Shown: positions 36,094 through 49,230 of the stretch, piece by piece
Layout of the letters: every line of letters begins with the position of its first letter
How positions within the stretch are numbered: the first letter of the stretch is position 1
DNA from: Macrostomum hystrix
Lineage: Eukaryota; Animalia; Platyhelminthes
DNA length: 64,000 nt
Assembly: GCA_950097015.1 (NCBI GenBank)
Contig: CATNEN010000002.1
Span: 6,758,001-6,822,000, forward strand
Reading direction: 5' to 3'
The notes under the pieces: model-generated
What the model was told of the DNA's origin: nothing
Databases searched by the model: none
The model's input: the letters and a program-made list of their open reading frames with translations, nothing else
Position numbers and translations under genes: made by a program

Positions 36094-36730
36094 GGAGAGG
36101 GGAGAGGAGAGAGAGGAGAGAGAAGAGGGGGAGAGAGGAGAGAGAGGAGAGAGAGAAGAGAGAGGAGAGAGAGAAGAGAGAGGAGAGAGAGGAGAGAGGC
36201 GAGAGAAGAGAGAGAAGAGAGAAGAGAGGGGAGAGAGGAGAGAGAGAAGAGAGAAGAGAGGGGAGAGAGGAGAGAGAGAAGAGAGAAGAGAGGGGAGAGA
36301 GGAGAGAGAGGAGAGAGAGAAGAGAGAGGAGAGAGAGAAGAGAGAGGAGAGAGAGAAGAGAGGGGAGAGAGGAGAGAGAGAAGAGAGAAGAGAGGGGAGA
36401 GAGGAGAGAGAGGAGAGAGAGGAGAGAGAGGAGAGAGAAGAGAGAGGAGAGAGAGAAGAGAGAGGAGAGAGAGGAGAGAGGCGAGAGAAGAGAGGGGAGA
36501 GAGGAGAGAGAGAAGAGAGAGGAGAGAGAAGAGAGGGGAGAGAGGAGAGAGAGAAGAGAGAGGAGAGAGAGAAGAGAGAGGAGAGAGAGAAGAGAGAAGA
36601 GAGGGGAGAGAGGAGAGAGAGAAGAGAGAGGAGAGGAGAGAGAGAAGAGAGAGGAGAGAGAGAAGAGAGAGGAGAGAGAGAAGAGAGAGGAGAGAGAAGA
36701 GAGAGGAGAGAGAGGAGAGAGAGGAGAGAC
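36094..36730. repeat. Pure polypurine GA-rich low-complexity tract (second tract 37000-37140)
   Basis: About 640 nt of only G and A apart from two CG-containing interruptions. Confidence 0.95.
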
Positions 36731-37980
36731 GTGAGACGTGAGGTGAGCGGTGAGACGAGAGAGACTAGGATTGTCGGATAAACTTTCAAATTGAATTTTC
36801 TTTATTTATTGAAGATTTTCCACGGCAAAGTTTTCTTCGTCTCGAGGGAGCAGAGATAAAAATATATTTTGATAAGTAGCTTGCTTAAAATCGATTGCAA
36901 GGCAAATTATTCTGTTGGTGATTAACTTAGGAGTTAAAAAAATAAACACAGTGAAGTGTGAAGCGACAGAAGAGAGAAATAAAGAGAGACGAGAAAAGTA
37001 GAGAGAGGTAGAGAGAGGGAGAGAGAGGAGAGAGGAGAGAGGAGAGAGGAGAGAGGAGAGAGAAGCAGAGAGAGGAGAGAGAAGCAGAGAGAGGAGAGAG
37101 GAGAGAGGAGAGAAGAAGGAGAGAAGATGGAGAGAGATGCGAGATCAGTTGTGAGACTGGAAGGGGTGCTTTGGATAGTAAAGTAGAAGAAAATAACATC
37201 TTGCAAGGGCATAAAAGTTGCAGCAAAAAATAACAAAGAGAGACTGAAACACACCAGTGCAGGGCTGTGTGAGTGTGAGAACTGATGACTAGAACAAGAA
37301 AACTGCTACTTGTCAGTCTACTGATGCGTTTGTCAGAGATAGAAGAACACACAAGACGGGATTGAATAAGGCAGATAATAAGTATAGGGAAAGATTCCCT
37401 AGATGTAGGATGATACAGTCTAAAGCCATGGACACAATGGGTGGGGGCTTGAGAAGTTCAGCTCAAGGGATGACTACGGAAAGGATTTGGGAGTCAACGG
37501 GAAGACTGCAAAAAAGCACACAGAGAAATGAAAGCCAAGACTGTCAAGCGCAGGAAGCCGGTCCAGAAGCCGCGGTATCAAATTGCCTTTTGAGTTCGCC
37601 AGGCTTCGCCAGTCTTTGATGCCGGGATAGAGAGAAGCATTTTAGGCCTTAGTAGAGTCCCGTCCGTATTCGTGCACACTATAGTTAGTTAGCGATATTT
37701 CCAGATAGGATAGACAAATCAACTGAGAAACGGAGGGAGTAGGTCTAGATTACTGGCTCATTTCCAGCATTGCCATCAACTGTTTCATCTCCCCTTCACC
37801 AGAGTAGACTCCGCCCTGAGGCAGTTGATCTGAGTTGGTCTCAAGACTTGATTTGTTCTGAGCGCTAATTCACTCGAGGCCTGCGGCTGCAGCGTTTGCA
37901 ATTATCAGCTAGCCAGATTAATGCCTTATCTCTGCAGATAATGCCACAAATACTGGGCTGTAGCAGGAAGACCCCGCCGC

Positions 37981-38012
<32 letters not shown>

Positions 38013-38149
38013 GGTGTACGAGGTGAGAACTTTGCAAGTGATAAAGTTTGCTTTCAAACTACTCTGTGTAACTCATTTCAATATTTTGTTGTTAAAAATC
38101 GTCAAATCTATCTATATGTATCTCCGACTCACACTCAAATTCTCCAAAT

Positions 38150-39305
38150 CTACCTTTCCCAATCTACCCCTCACACTCTCCCAATCTACCCGTCCCACTC
38201 TTCCCAATCTACCCCTCACACTCTCCCAATCTACCCCTCACACTCCTCCCAATCTACCCCTCACACTCTTCCCAATCTACCCGTCCCACTCTTCCCAATC
38301 TACCCCTCACACTCTCCCAATCTACCCCTCACACTCTCCCAATCTACCCGTCCCACTCTTCCCAATCTACCCCTCACACTCTCCCAATCTACCCCTCACA
38401 CTCTCCCAATCTACCCCTCACACTCTCCCAATCTTCCCCTCACACTCTCCCAATCAACCCCTCACATTCTCCCTATCTTCCCCTCACACTCTCCCAATCT
38501 ACCCCTCACACTCTTCCCAATCTACCCGTCCCACTCTTCCCAATCTACCCCTCACACTCTCCCAATCTACCCCTCACACTCTCCCAATCTACCCCTCACA
38601 CTCTCCCAATCTTCCCCTCACACTCTCCCAATCAACCCCTCACATTCTCCCTATCTTCCCCTCACACTCTCCCAATCTACCCCTCACACTCTTCCTAATC
38701 TACCCCTCACACTCCTCCCAATCTATCCCTCACACTCTCCCAATCTTCCCCTCACACTCTCCCAATCAACCCCTCACACTCTCCCAATCTACCCCTCACA
38801 CTCTCCCAATCTACCCCTCACACTCTCCCAATCAACCCCTCACATTCTCCCTATCTTCCCCTCACACTCTCCCAATCTACCCCTCACATTCTCCCTATCT
38901 TCCCCTCACACTCTCCCAATCTACCCCTCACACTCTCCCAATCTACCCCTCACACTCTCCCAATCTACCCCTCACACTATTCCTAATCTACCCCTCACAC
39001 TCCTCCCAATCTACCCCTCACACTATTCCCAATCTATCCCTCACACTCTCCCAATCTATCCCTCACACTCTCCCAATCTTCCCCTCACACTCTCCCAATC
39101 TAACCCTCACACTCTTCCTAATCTACCCCTCACACTCCTCCCAATCTTCCCCTCACACTCTCCCAATCTACCCCTCACACTATTCCCAATCTACCCCCCA
39201 CACTATTCCCAATCTACCCCTCACACTATTCCCAATCTACCCCTCACACTATTCCCAATCTACCCCCCACACTATTCCCAATCTACCCCTCACACACCCA
39301 ATCTA
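38150..39305. repeat. 22/23-bp minisatellite (CCAATCTACCCCTCACACTCTC)n, about 50 copies
   Basis: Direct reading. Confidence 0.95.
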
Positions 39306-40444
39306 CATTTCTCAGACTACCACTCTTAACTATCTATCTCAATTTACCCCTCACATTCTTGTAATTTACCTCACTCACTCTACCTCTCCTTATCTACCGA
39401 TCCCACTCAACCTCCCGCAATCTACCTCTCTTACTCATAATTTGCCTCTCCAAATCTACTTAATCTCCCTCTATTTCTCTCTCATCTCCTCACAATTCCC
39501 TATTCTCCATGCGTTCCTCTCTGCAACATCCTGGAAGATCGGTTTAATAAAATCCTATTCAAGCATCCACTAAGGGAGTCCAGCTCTCGCCACTGAAGCT
39601 TTTTCAGATTTCAAATTGACACTCCGGTCACAAATCTGGTCCTCAGCCAGGCGAATCGAAATTGGGATTTCAACTGTAAAATAATGTTTAAGAATGAAAA
39701 CTGAATTGATGAATAATATTCCCATTCACAATTCCCAACCCAGCCCACCCGGCTGATCCCCAAATCCAGCAACTCCGCGAGGAAGAGGGACGGTCAAGCT
39801 TCACCCGCTGGGAAAAATTTTCCCACTTCCACGAAACCTGCCGCACACTTTCTCCCTCCCTGCATGGCAACAACCCGGCCCTCCCTGCCTGTCACTTTTC
39901 CATGAAGAGAGGAAGCGAAGTCCGGCTCACCTCAGCTCCCCGTCATTTCCCCAGCTTCCCAGCTCGCCCAGCCGCATTCCTGGCCTGAGTGGGATGAAAT
40001 CCTCTCTCTCTCTGCTGCAGTCTTCTTCATCAAGCAACAGCAGCAGCAGCAGCAGCAGCGTCCTCGGATTCAAATCGGATTAAAAATAAGCAAATTGAGT
40101 GCGCTAGAGTGAGGGAGAGGGAGGTGGGGGAAGAGCACGGACTCAACTCGCCTCATAATCCCGATTCTTGGCTACAAGCTGCTGCTGCTGCTGCTGCTGC
40201 TCAGAGCGCACAACTTGAACACTCTAAATCGATCCCTTGCCCGGCCATCTCTGCTGCAGGCTTGACTCAATTTTCTATCATTTTTGTGCTAGATTACATT
40301 TCTAAGAACTCGAGCGGGCCCTGTCAATGCGGGCTTACCTTTAACTGCTTCGATCTTACACTATAATCAGAGCAGAACAGTTTGAGCACGGGAAACAGTC
40401 GACCCACAGCCAGTGGGTAGGTAAAGGGCATAAATTATCATAAT

Positions 40445-40506
40445 GGAGCCGCGAATCGAGCCCCCGACCTTTCAGTCATGAGTCCGGCCCTGTAACCAAT
40501 AGGCTA
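40445..40506 (-). mobile_element. tRNA-derived SINE head related to 3215-3285
   Basis: Minus strand TAGCCTATTGGTTACAGGGCCGGACTCATGACTGAAAGGTCGGGGGCTCGATTCGCGG; shares GCCTA.TGGTTA.GG..CGGACTCA.GA with the first copy. Confidence 0.45.
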
Positions 40507-41194
40507 TTAAATACACTCCGTCAACAATCCTTATTTTTTTGCAATCCTAGTGTAAAATGATTACGATAATGCGCGTCAATCTCTACTTGGTCAGTAGGCA
40601 GTCAGGAGCATTGCGGGTAAGTCTGAACAACACTCGGGAGATGCTAGCAGTGAGAGGATATGTAAATCGTGATGATTGAGGAATGAAATGCAGGAAAGCC
40701 TACATAAGGATTTTCTTTGCCAAGCCTGCACAGCCAGGCATGAATCAATACGTTCTTGTTCTTGCCTTTGTTAGCACTACTTGCCGGCCCATCTTGTCTT
40801 CTCTCGCTGTTCCTCCCTCATCACCCGGTATCTCAGTGCGAGGAGCATTTCCTACATGCATAGAAGCCCTGTCAGTGCTTAATCAGAGCTCAGCAACAAT
40901 ATCTGGAGCCTAAGATTATAAGAGTTCCCTGTTGTACAGCAAAGTTCATGTGCAGCTTCCATAGCTGCTCACAATTGTACTATATGCAAAAATATTATTG
41001 ATTGATTTCTGAGCACTGCATTGCTGAGCCTCTCAAACCCCGGCAATGAACTCAAACATTTCTATCCCGAGCGCAACCAGCTGTTGCCACAGCCAGGGAT
41101 CTAGAGTGTTGGGCTGCTCACAATTGAGTGGGGGAAAATGGGAAAATGTTTTTACCAATACCAAGCGACCTCATCGGAGCAAGCGAACAGACCA

Positions 41195-42448
41195 CACACA
41201 CACAGCTGCAGTTGCAACTGACTGCAAATCACACACAGCTGCAGTTGCAACTGACTGCAAATCACACACACACAGCTGCAGTTGCAACTGACTGAAAATC
41301 ACACACAGCTGCAGTTGCAACTGACTGAAAATCACACACAGCTGCAGTTACAACTGACTGCAAATCACACACAGCTGCAGTTGCAACTGACTGCAAATCA
41401 CACACACAGCTGCAGTTGCAACTGACTGCAAATCACACACAGCTGCAGTTGCAACTGACTGCAAATCACACACAGCTGCAGTTACAACTGACTGCAAATC
41501 ACACACAGCTGCAGTTGCAACTGACTGCAAATCACACACACAGCTGCAGTTGCAACTGACTGCAAATCACACACAGCTGCAGTTGCAACTGACTGCAAAT
41601 CACACACAGCTGCAGTTGCAACTGACTGCAAATCACACACACACAGCTGCAGTTGCAACTGACTGCAAATCACACACAGCTGCAGTTGCAACTGACTGCA
41701 AATCACACACAGCTGCAGTTGCAACTGACTGCAAATCACACACACACAGCTGCAGTTACAACTGACTGCAAATCACACACAGCTGCAGTTACAACTGACT
41801 GCAAATCACACACAGCTGCAGTTACAACTGACTGCAAATCACACACACACACAGCTGCAGTTGCAACTGACTGCAAATCACACACACACACAGCTGCAGT
41901 TGCAACTGACTGCAAATCACACACAGCTGCAGTTGCAACTGATTGCAAATCACACACACACACACAGCTGCAGTTGCAACTGACTGCAAATCACACACAG
42001 CTGCAATTGCAACTGACTGCAAATCACACACAGCTGCAGTTACAACTGACTGCAAATCACACACAGCTGCAGTTGCAACTGACTGAAAATCACACACAGC
42101 TGCAGTTACAACTGACTGAAAATCACACACAGCTGCAGTTACAACTGACTGCAAATCACACACAGCTGCAGTTGCAACTGACTGCAAATCACACACACAG
42201 CTGCAGTTGCAACTGACTGCAAATCACACACAGCTGCAGTTGCAACTGACTGAAAATCACACACAGCTGCAGTTACAACTGACTGCAAATCACACACAGC
42301 TGCAGTTGCAACTGACTGCAAATCACACACAGCTGCAGTTGCAACTGACTGCAAATCACACACACACAGCTGCAGTTGCAACTGATTGCAAATCACGCAC
42401 AGCTGCAGTTGCAACTGACTGCAAATCACACACACAGCTGCAGTTGCA
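41195..42448. repeat. 33-41-bp minisatellite (CACACAGCTGCAGTTGCAACTGACTGCAAATCA)n with variable (CA)n, about 36 copies
   Basis: Direct reading; most units carry the palindrome CAGTTGCAACTG. Confidence 0.95.
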
Positions 42449-43460
42449 TCAACATTAGCTGGGGTAGAAATCGAGTGGGGTTTGGCGGATGCAAACTCCA
42501 TGGACTGCACAGCTGTACACAGCCTTTGGATGCGATAGCTGCGGCTGCGCCAGTAGCTGTACATCTGATTTAGCTATGCATAAAAAAAACACTGTGCTGC
42601 AGTTGCCAAGCGCTCAAAGTACAGCCTCATCCCGCAAAACTCATCTCGCCAGTCCCATCTCGACTCGCCCCCATACAAAGGCCGTCTTCAGCAAACTCAT
42701 CTCAAATTGCTTTTGCCTTGGCTAAGGGGGGGCCTCAGGTAGCTGAGCAGTTGAGTCTGAGCAGTTGAGTGAGACGGGCAGAAAGAATTGCATGCATGCG
42801 AGCGGGGAAGAATGTAGATTGAGGATTCCGCATGCTGAGGCAGAAGAAATAGATGCGATGGATGCGAGCAGAGGAGCGGGTGGGCAACTGAGGTTGGGAG
42901 GAAAGTATTCCCAATTAGGGAAGAAATGAGGAGGAGAAGACGGCGGTTTGGGAGGGAATCGTCTGGCCCGCCTGGCTGTCCGGGTGGCTCGTTAGTTGAG
43001 GCGTAGCAACTCAAGTCCCGGTGGGAGAGGGCCAGGAGAAGAGAGTGCAGAGAGTTTTGAGTCGGTGGGAGAACTGGAATGAGAACCCCGGAGCATAGAA
43101 GAGGCAGAAGTGGGCCAGGCCTGAGAGAATACGGTTTGCATGAGTATGAGAGCTGCTCTAGTCGCGTGGATCCTGCATCGGGGACAAATGAGGCCTAATT
43201 TAGCTCTGGGCAAACCTGAGGCGCTGACTGGCTCTTATTCGCACCAAGTTTGAGTCGGCTTGAGGAGGCTGCGAGCTCAACAGGGCCAGAAATGAAATGA
43301 AATCGGCTGGGGGTAGGACTATCTTCTCATGCAGCGTCTCCTCCTGCGGTCGTTCCCCATTTCGTCTCTTCCAATTTGTAAATCTATTTTGCTCCCACTC
43401 ATGGGAAGAGCAAAATAAATTGTTTCTCAATGAAGACGAAATCCCAAAAACCAACAGAGC

Positions 43461-44150
43461 AGTTTGGGATCTGAGCAGTTTGGGATCTGAGCAGTTTGGG
43501 ATCTGAGCAGTTTGGGATCTGAGTAGTTTAGGGATCTGAGTAGTTTGAGATCTGAGTAGTTTGAGATCTGAGTAGTTAGGGATCTGAGTAGTTTGAGATC
43601 TGAGCAGTTTAGGGATCTGAGTAGTTAGGGATCTGAGTAGTTAGGGATCTGAGTAGTTTGGGATCTGAGCAGTTTGGGATCTGAGTAGTTTGAGATCTGA
43701 GCAGTTTAGGGATCTGAGTAGTTTGAGATCTGAGTAGTTTGAGATCTGAGTAGTTAGGGATCTGAGTAGTTTGAGATCTGAGTAGTTTAGGGATCTGAGT
43801 AACTTAAGGTAGTTTGAGATCTGAGCATTTTGGTATCTGAATAGTTTGAGATCTGAGTAGTTTGGGATCTGAGTAGTTTGGGATCTGAGTAGTTTGGGAT
43901 CTGAGTAGTTTGGGATCTGAGTAGTTTGAGATCTGAGTAGTTTGGGATCTGATTAGTTTAGGGATCTGAGTACCTTAAGGTAGTTTGAGATCTGAGCATT
44001 TTGGTATCTGAATAGTTTGAGATCTGAGTAGTTTGGGATCTGAGTAGTTAGGGATCTGAGTAGTTTGGGATCTGACCAGTTTGGGATCTGACCAGTTTAG
44101 GAACTGAGTAGTTTGAGATCTGACCAGTTTAGGATCTGAGTAGTTTTGGA
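43461..44150. repeat. About 16-bp minisatellite (TTTGGGATCTGAGTAG)n
   Basis: Direct reading. Confidence 0.93.
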
Positions 44151-44597
44151 TATGGGTAATTTGAGTCGTAACAAAATCTTGTGTACTCAACATATAGTAA
44201 ATCTGGTGTATTAATATATCTGCTGTACCGACAATAACATAAACTAGGAAATATTTGAAAGTAAAAAATGTACATATTTTAGCAGCCTGCCCAAAATACA
44301 ACCCATTGCGTCGATCGATTTTCCTGTCGTCAAGCAAAAAGTGAGAATTTGAGAAGAAATTAAAATCAAGGAAGAAAATTGGCATGTAGGGAGGAAACAG
44401 ATAAGAACGTCAAGAAGCATGCCGACAAGAAATTGTTGTTAGGAGAAGCTGGGTCTTCTAGGGCAAGCCTGCCAACGCACAGGGGAGTGTGTGTGTGGAT
44501 TAGGGAAATTCAAGGTCGTAAAAATTTTATTCCCATTTCCCAGCCAGTGCAGAATGGGCCTGAGAGAATCGGGGTTTGAGGGTGGAACTCTGAGAAC

Positions 44598-44629
<32 letters not shown>

Positions 44630-44954
44630 TAGTTTTTTTATCAGTTTTTTAGTATTATATAAACGTATAGCTTACATCGGCAGTTAAAGTACATATGGAT
44701 TGCTGAGCATCGAATTGAAAAACGCAACGCGATTTTATAACCCTCCCTAGATCATGATTATCGCGGCATTGCGAGCTAGTGAATGTACTTTAGAAATTTT
44801 TTGGAAGCACTTTTCAACAATGAACAGATGTACAGGTGACTAGTTATTAGATACACGTGGAATAAACATGTACAAACATAAGTAAATTTGTAGCTAGGAA
44901 AGTAGGTAAATAGAAAGTTTAGTGCCAAGTTTGGTAGAAAAGTAAGAAGATAAG

Positions 44955-45900
44955 TAACTACGCAGGTGGATAGATAAGTGGGTTTGTATATAGTTTTGTA
45001 GATAGATAAGTTGGATTTTATCTAGTTTGGTAGATAGATAAGTAGATTTGTAGCTGCTTTGGTATATAGATAAGTAGATTTGTAGCTACTTTGGTAGATA
45101 GATAAGTAGGTTTGTATCTAGTTTGGTAGATAGATAAGTAGATTTGTAGCTACTTTGGTAGATAGATAAGTAGATTTGTAGCTACTTTGGTAGATAGATA
45201 AGTAGATTTGTAGCTACTTTGGTAGATAGATAAGTAGATTTGTAGCTACTTTGGTAGATAGATAAGTAGATTTGTAGCTAGTTAGGTAGATAGATAAGTA
45301 GATTTGTAGCTACTTTGGTAGATAGATAAGTAGATTTGTAGCTACTTTGGTAGATAGATAAGTAGATTTGTAGCTACTTTGGTAGATAGATAAGTAGATT
45401 TGTAGCTACTTTGGTAGATAGATAAGTTGATTTGTAGCTACTTTGGTAGATAGATAAGTAGGTTTGTAGCTAGTTAGGTAGATAGATAAGTATGTCTGTA
45501 GCTACTTTGGTAGATAGATAAGTAGGTTTGTATCTAGATAGGTAGATAGATAAGTAGGTTTGTATATAGTTTGGTAGATAGATAAGTTGGATTTTATCTA
45601 GTTTGGTAGATAGATAAGTAGGATTGTAGCTAGTTAGTTTGATAGATAAGTAGATTTGTAGCTACTTTGGTAGATAGATAAGTAGATTTGTAGCTACTTT
45701 GGTAGATAGATAAGTAGATTTGTAGCTACTTTGGTAGATAGATAAGCAGGTTTGTATATAGTTTGGTAGATAGATAAGTAGGTTTGTATTTGTAGCTTGG
45801 TAGATAGATAAGTAGGTTTGTATTTGTAGCTTGGTAGATAGATACGTAGGATTGTAGGTAGGTAGCCAGGTAGGTAGGTAGATAGAAGATCAGTAGCTAG
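44955..45900. repeat. 32-bp minisatellite (TAGATAGATAAGTAGATTTGTAGCTACTTTGG)n
   Basis: Direct reading. Confidence 0.93.
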
Positions 45901-46554
45901 TTAGGTAGATAAGTAGATCATTAGGTAGGTAGTATATATTACTTCAGTCCGTGGACTGGTGAGGCCATCCTAACAATCGGAATTTCTAGCCCAGCAAATG
46001 TTGAAGTGAGCAGGCTGTTGAGTAGATCCCCGCAGTTTGGCTGTCTATAGCTGTGTCCGGCCGGCCCTGTTAAATTATTCCTGCCAAAAGCTTTTCAATC
46101 CTGCATGGGGCGGCAAGTTTTCTGTCATCGCCGCGATCCACCCGGAGACAATGTCTCCCAGTTTGGGATGAGCTCATCAGGCCTTGATGTGCGCTTTCAT
46201 CATTTATTTATCAGAGCTCTCTGATCCTGACCTGCAGAGACGGAGACCGGGAGATGTGGAAAAGTAGAAAGCGGCACCAGATGTTTTTAAGTTCCCCCAA
46301 AAAAATTGTACCCTTCAGTAGGATAGAAATGGGATTTTATGTACTAGAGTGAAAGGGAAGATAAATAAGCTATATCTTGAGTTGGGATTTATAAATCAAC
46401 AATGTTCAGTTTAACAGATGAGATTAAGGACGGGAATCAGAGATGGGTTTAGGATGGAATAAGATTAGATTAGTGACGGGTTTAGGGATGGGGTTAGATA
46501 TGGGATTAAAGAAAGGTAGGATTTTTCATGGGATACGGGACGGGATTAGAGAAA

Positions 46555-46745
46555 GGTAGGATTAGAGATGGGATTAGAGATGGGATTATAGATGGGATTA
46601 GAGATGGGATTAGAGATGGGATTAGAGATGGGATTAGGGATGGGATTAGGGATGGGATTAGAGATGGGATTAGAGATGGGATTAGGGATGGGATTAGGGA
46701 TGGGATTAGAGATGTGATTAGAGATGGGATTAGAGATGGGATTAG
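46555..46745. repeat. 12-bp minisatellite (GATGGGATTAGA)n
   Basis: Direct reading. Confidence 0.93.
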
Positions 46746-47347
46746 AGAAAGGTAGGGTTTTGCATGGGATTTGGGATGGGACTACAAAATGGATTAGATT
46801 TTGAAAAAAAAGATGGGAATAGGGATGAGATCAGCCAGCGATATTCAGGAAAACATTGACCTAATTTTTTTAGTTTATTAACTCTTTAATTAACACTAAG
46901 GCTGATATCATAAAAAAGTGCATCGAGACCCAAAAAAAACCTTCAGACCAGCTCAACTGCTTCATATTGAATAATGTTTCTTAGAAAACCTGCAAGAAAA
47001 CTCATTGCTAGCTATGAAATAGCGTGGCGATGTGGAACAGCAGAGACCGGGCGGCAACCGGATACCAACTCAGCTCACACTCAGCTCACACTCAGCGTGG
47101 GGATGCCGCATTTTATTTTCTAAGAAAATCCACGCCGGGCCGGTGAAGTGGGTCGCGAGCTCCCGGGGCAGGCAGCTCAGGCAGGATTTGCTCCCAACTC
47201 AGCCAGCCACTCCTTGGCCTGCGCAATGAGCTGTGGGGAAAATTGGGGAGGAAGGGGCTATGGGATACAAGATGTCCACCACGGCTGGTTGCCGATTTAG
47301 CAAGCAGGCCCGCTCAAAAACTACTTGGGATCTTCAAATCAGCGACA

Positions 47348-47432
47348 ATGAAGCTGAAAAAGTCCCAAACAGATTGGCTGCTGCTACTGGGCTCCGTATT
47401 CTGCGCTGCACTGGTCAGGGCTGACCAGAACG
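47348..47432 (+). CDS. Nicotinic acetylcholine receptor-type (Cys-loop LGIC) subunit, putative exon 1 (signal peptide)
   Basis: ATG in context gacaATGA; MKLKKSQTDWLLLLGSVFCAALVRADQN + G|GTAAGA strong donor. Phase 1 matches the exon at 57729. Confidence 0.7.
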
Positions 47433-47474
47433 GTAAGACTGCAGTTATAGAGGACCTAAAAACTTTTTGAGCAT

Positions 47475-48260
47475 TTTGGGATCTGTACAATTTGGGATCT
47501 AAACAGTTTGGGATCTGAACAGTTTGGGATCTGAACAGTCTGTGATCTGAACAGTTTAGGATTTGAGTAACTTAAAATTTAAGTACTTTTGTGATCTCAG
47601 AAGGTTTTGGATTTTGGCAGTTTAGAATTTGAGTAATTTCGGATCTAAGCAGTTTGGGGTGTGACTAGTTTGGAATCTGAACAGCTGAGAATAATACTCG
47701 GAGTATAGTAGATTAGGGTCTTGGTATTGAAATTTGGGATCTAAGAAGTTTGGGATCGGAGGAACTTGGGATGAAAGAAGTTTGGGATCTGAGAAACTTG
47801 GGATCGGAGGAACTTGGGATCTGAGAAACATGGGATCTAAGAAGTTTGGTATCTGATGAACTTGGGATCTAAGAAGTTTGGGATCAGAGGAACTTGTGAT
47901 CTAAGAAGTTTGGGATCAGAAGAACTTGTGATCTAAGAAGTTTGGGATCAGAGGAACTTGTGATCTAAGAAGTTTGGGATCAGAAGAACTTGTGATCTAA
48001 GAAGTTTGGGATCAGAGGAACTTGTGATCTAAGAAGTTTGGGATCAGAAGAACTTGTGATCTAAGAAGTTTGGTATCTGAGGAACTTGTGATCTAAGAAG
48101 TTTGGTATCTGAGGAACTTGGGATCTAAGAAGTTTGGTATCTGAGGAACTTGTGATCTAAGAAGTTTGGTATCTGAGGAACTTGGGATCTAAGAAGTTTG
48201 GGATCAGAGGAACTTGGGATCTAAGAAGTTTGGTATCTGAGGAACTTGGGATCTAAGGAG
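47475..48260. repeat. 16-bp (TTTGGGATCTGAACAG) and 32-bp dimeric (GATCTAAGAAGTTTGGGATCAGAGGAACTTGT) minisatellites
   Basis: Direct reading; the two arrays are 47475-47560 and 47730-48260. Confidence 0.88.
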
Positions 48261-48519
48261 TTTTAGATCAAAGAAGGGTTTTGAGTTCATCAGCTCCTGA
48301 TTTCGACAGTGTTTAGGATCTGAATTTTAAATATGAATATTACGACTTTGGGATTTAAGAATTTTGTAATCAGCATTTTTTAGATCCCAGTCAACTTTTT
48401 GATTTCTGGTTATTCAGTTATCGATAAATTATGCATGCTGATGTCAATTTGTAATTATGATTAGCTTTCGAATTCGAAATCAATACTAAATTTTGGAATT
48501 CATGCACTACTTTTATCTC

Positions 48520-49230
48520 ACTATCTCACTGTATTTTGGGATTTCACTGTATTTTAGGATCTCACTGTATTTTGGGATCTCATTGTATTTTGGGATCTCA
48601 TTGTATTTTGGGATCTCATTGTACTTTGGGATCTCACTGTATTTTGGGATCTCACTGTATTTTGGGATTTCACTGTATTTTGGGATCTCATTGTATTTTG
48701 GGATCTCACTGTATTTTGGGATCTCATTGTATTTTGGGATGTCATTGTATTTTGGGATCTCGCTGTATCTTGGGATTTCACTGTATTTTGGGATCTCATT
48801 GTATTTTGGGATCTCATTGTATTTTGGGATCTCATTGAATTTGGGGATCTCTTTGTATTTTGGGATCTCACAGTATTTTGGGATCTCATTGTATTTTGGG
48901 ATTTCACTTTATTTTAGGATTTCACTGTATTTTGGGATCTCACTGTATTTTGGGATCTCTTTGTATTTTGGGATCTCTTTGTATTTTGGGATCTCACTGT
49001 ATTTTGGGATCTCATTGTATTTTGGGATCTCATTGTATTTTGGGATCTCATTGTATTTTGGGATCTCATTGTATTTTGGGATCTCACTGTTTTTTGGGAT
49101 CTCATTGTATTTTGGGATTTCACTGTATTTTGGGATCTCATTGTATTTTGGGATCTCATTGTATTTTGGGATTTCACTGTATTTAGGGATTTCACTGTAT
49201 TTTGGGATTTCATTGTATTTTGGAATCTGA
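48520..49230. repeat. 18-bp minisatellite (ATCTCACTGTATTTTGGG)n, about 39 copies
   Basis: Direct reading. Confidence 0.95.

Noticed and set aside
37896-39573. 477- and 520-aa Pro/Ser/Thr-rich ORFs that look mucin-like
   Set aside because: Translations of a 22-bp minisatellite in two frames; no splice or codon evidence. The same applies to the repeat ORFs at 13.4, 14.6, 18.6, 25.6, 36.0, 41-42, 48.5, 53.7, 57.9 and 63.2 kb.
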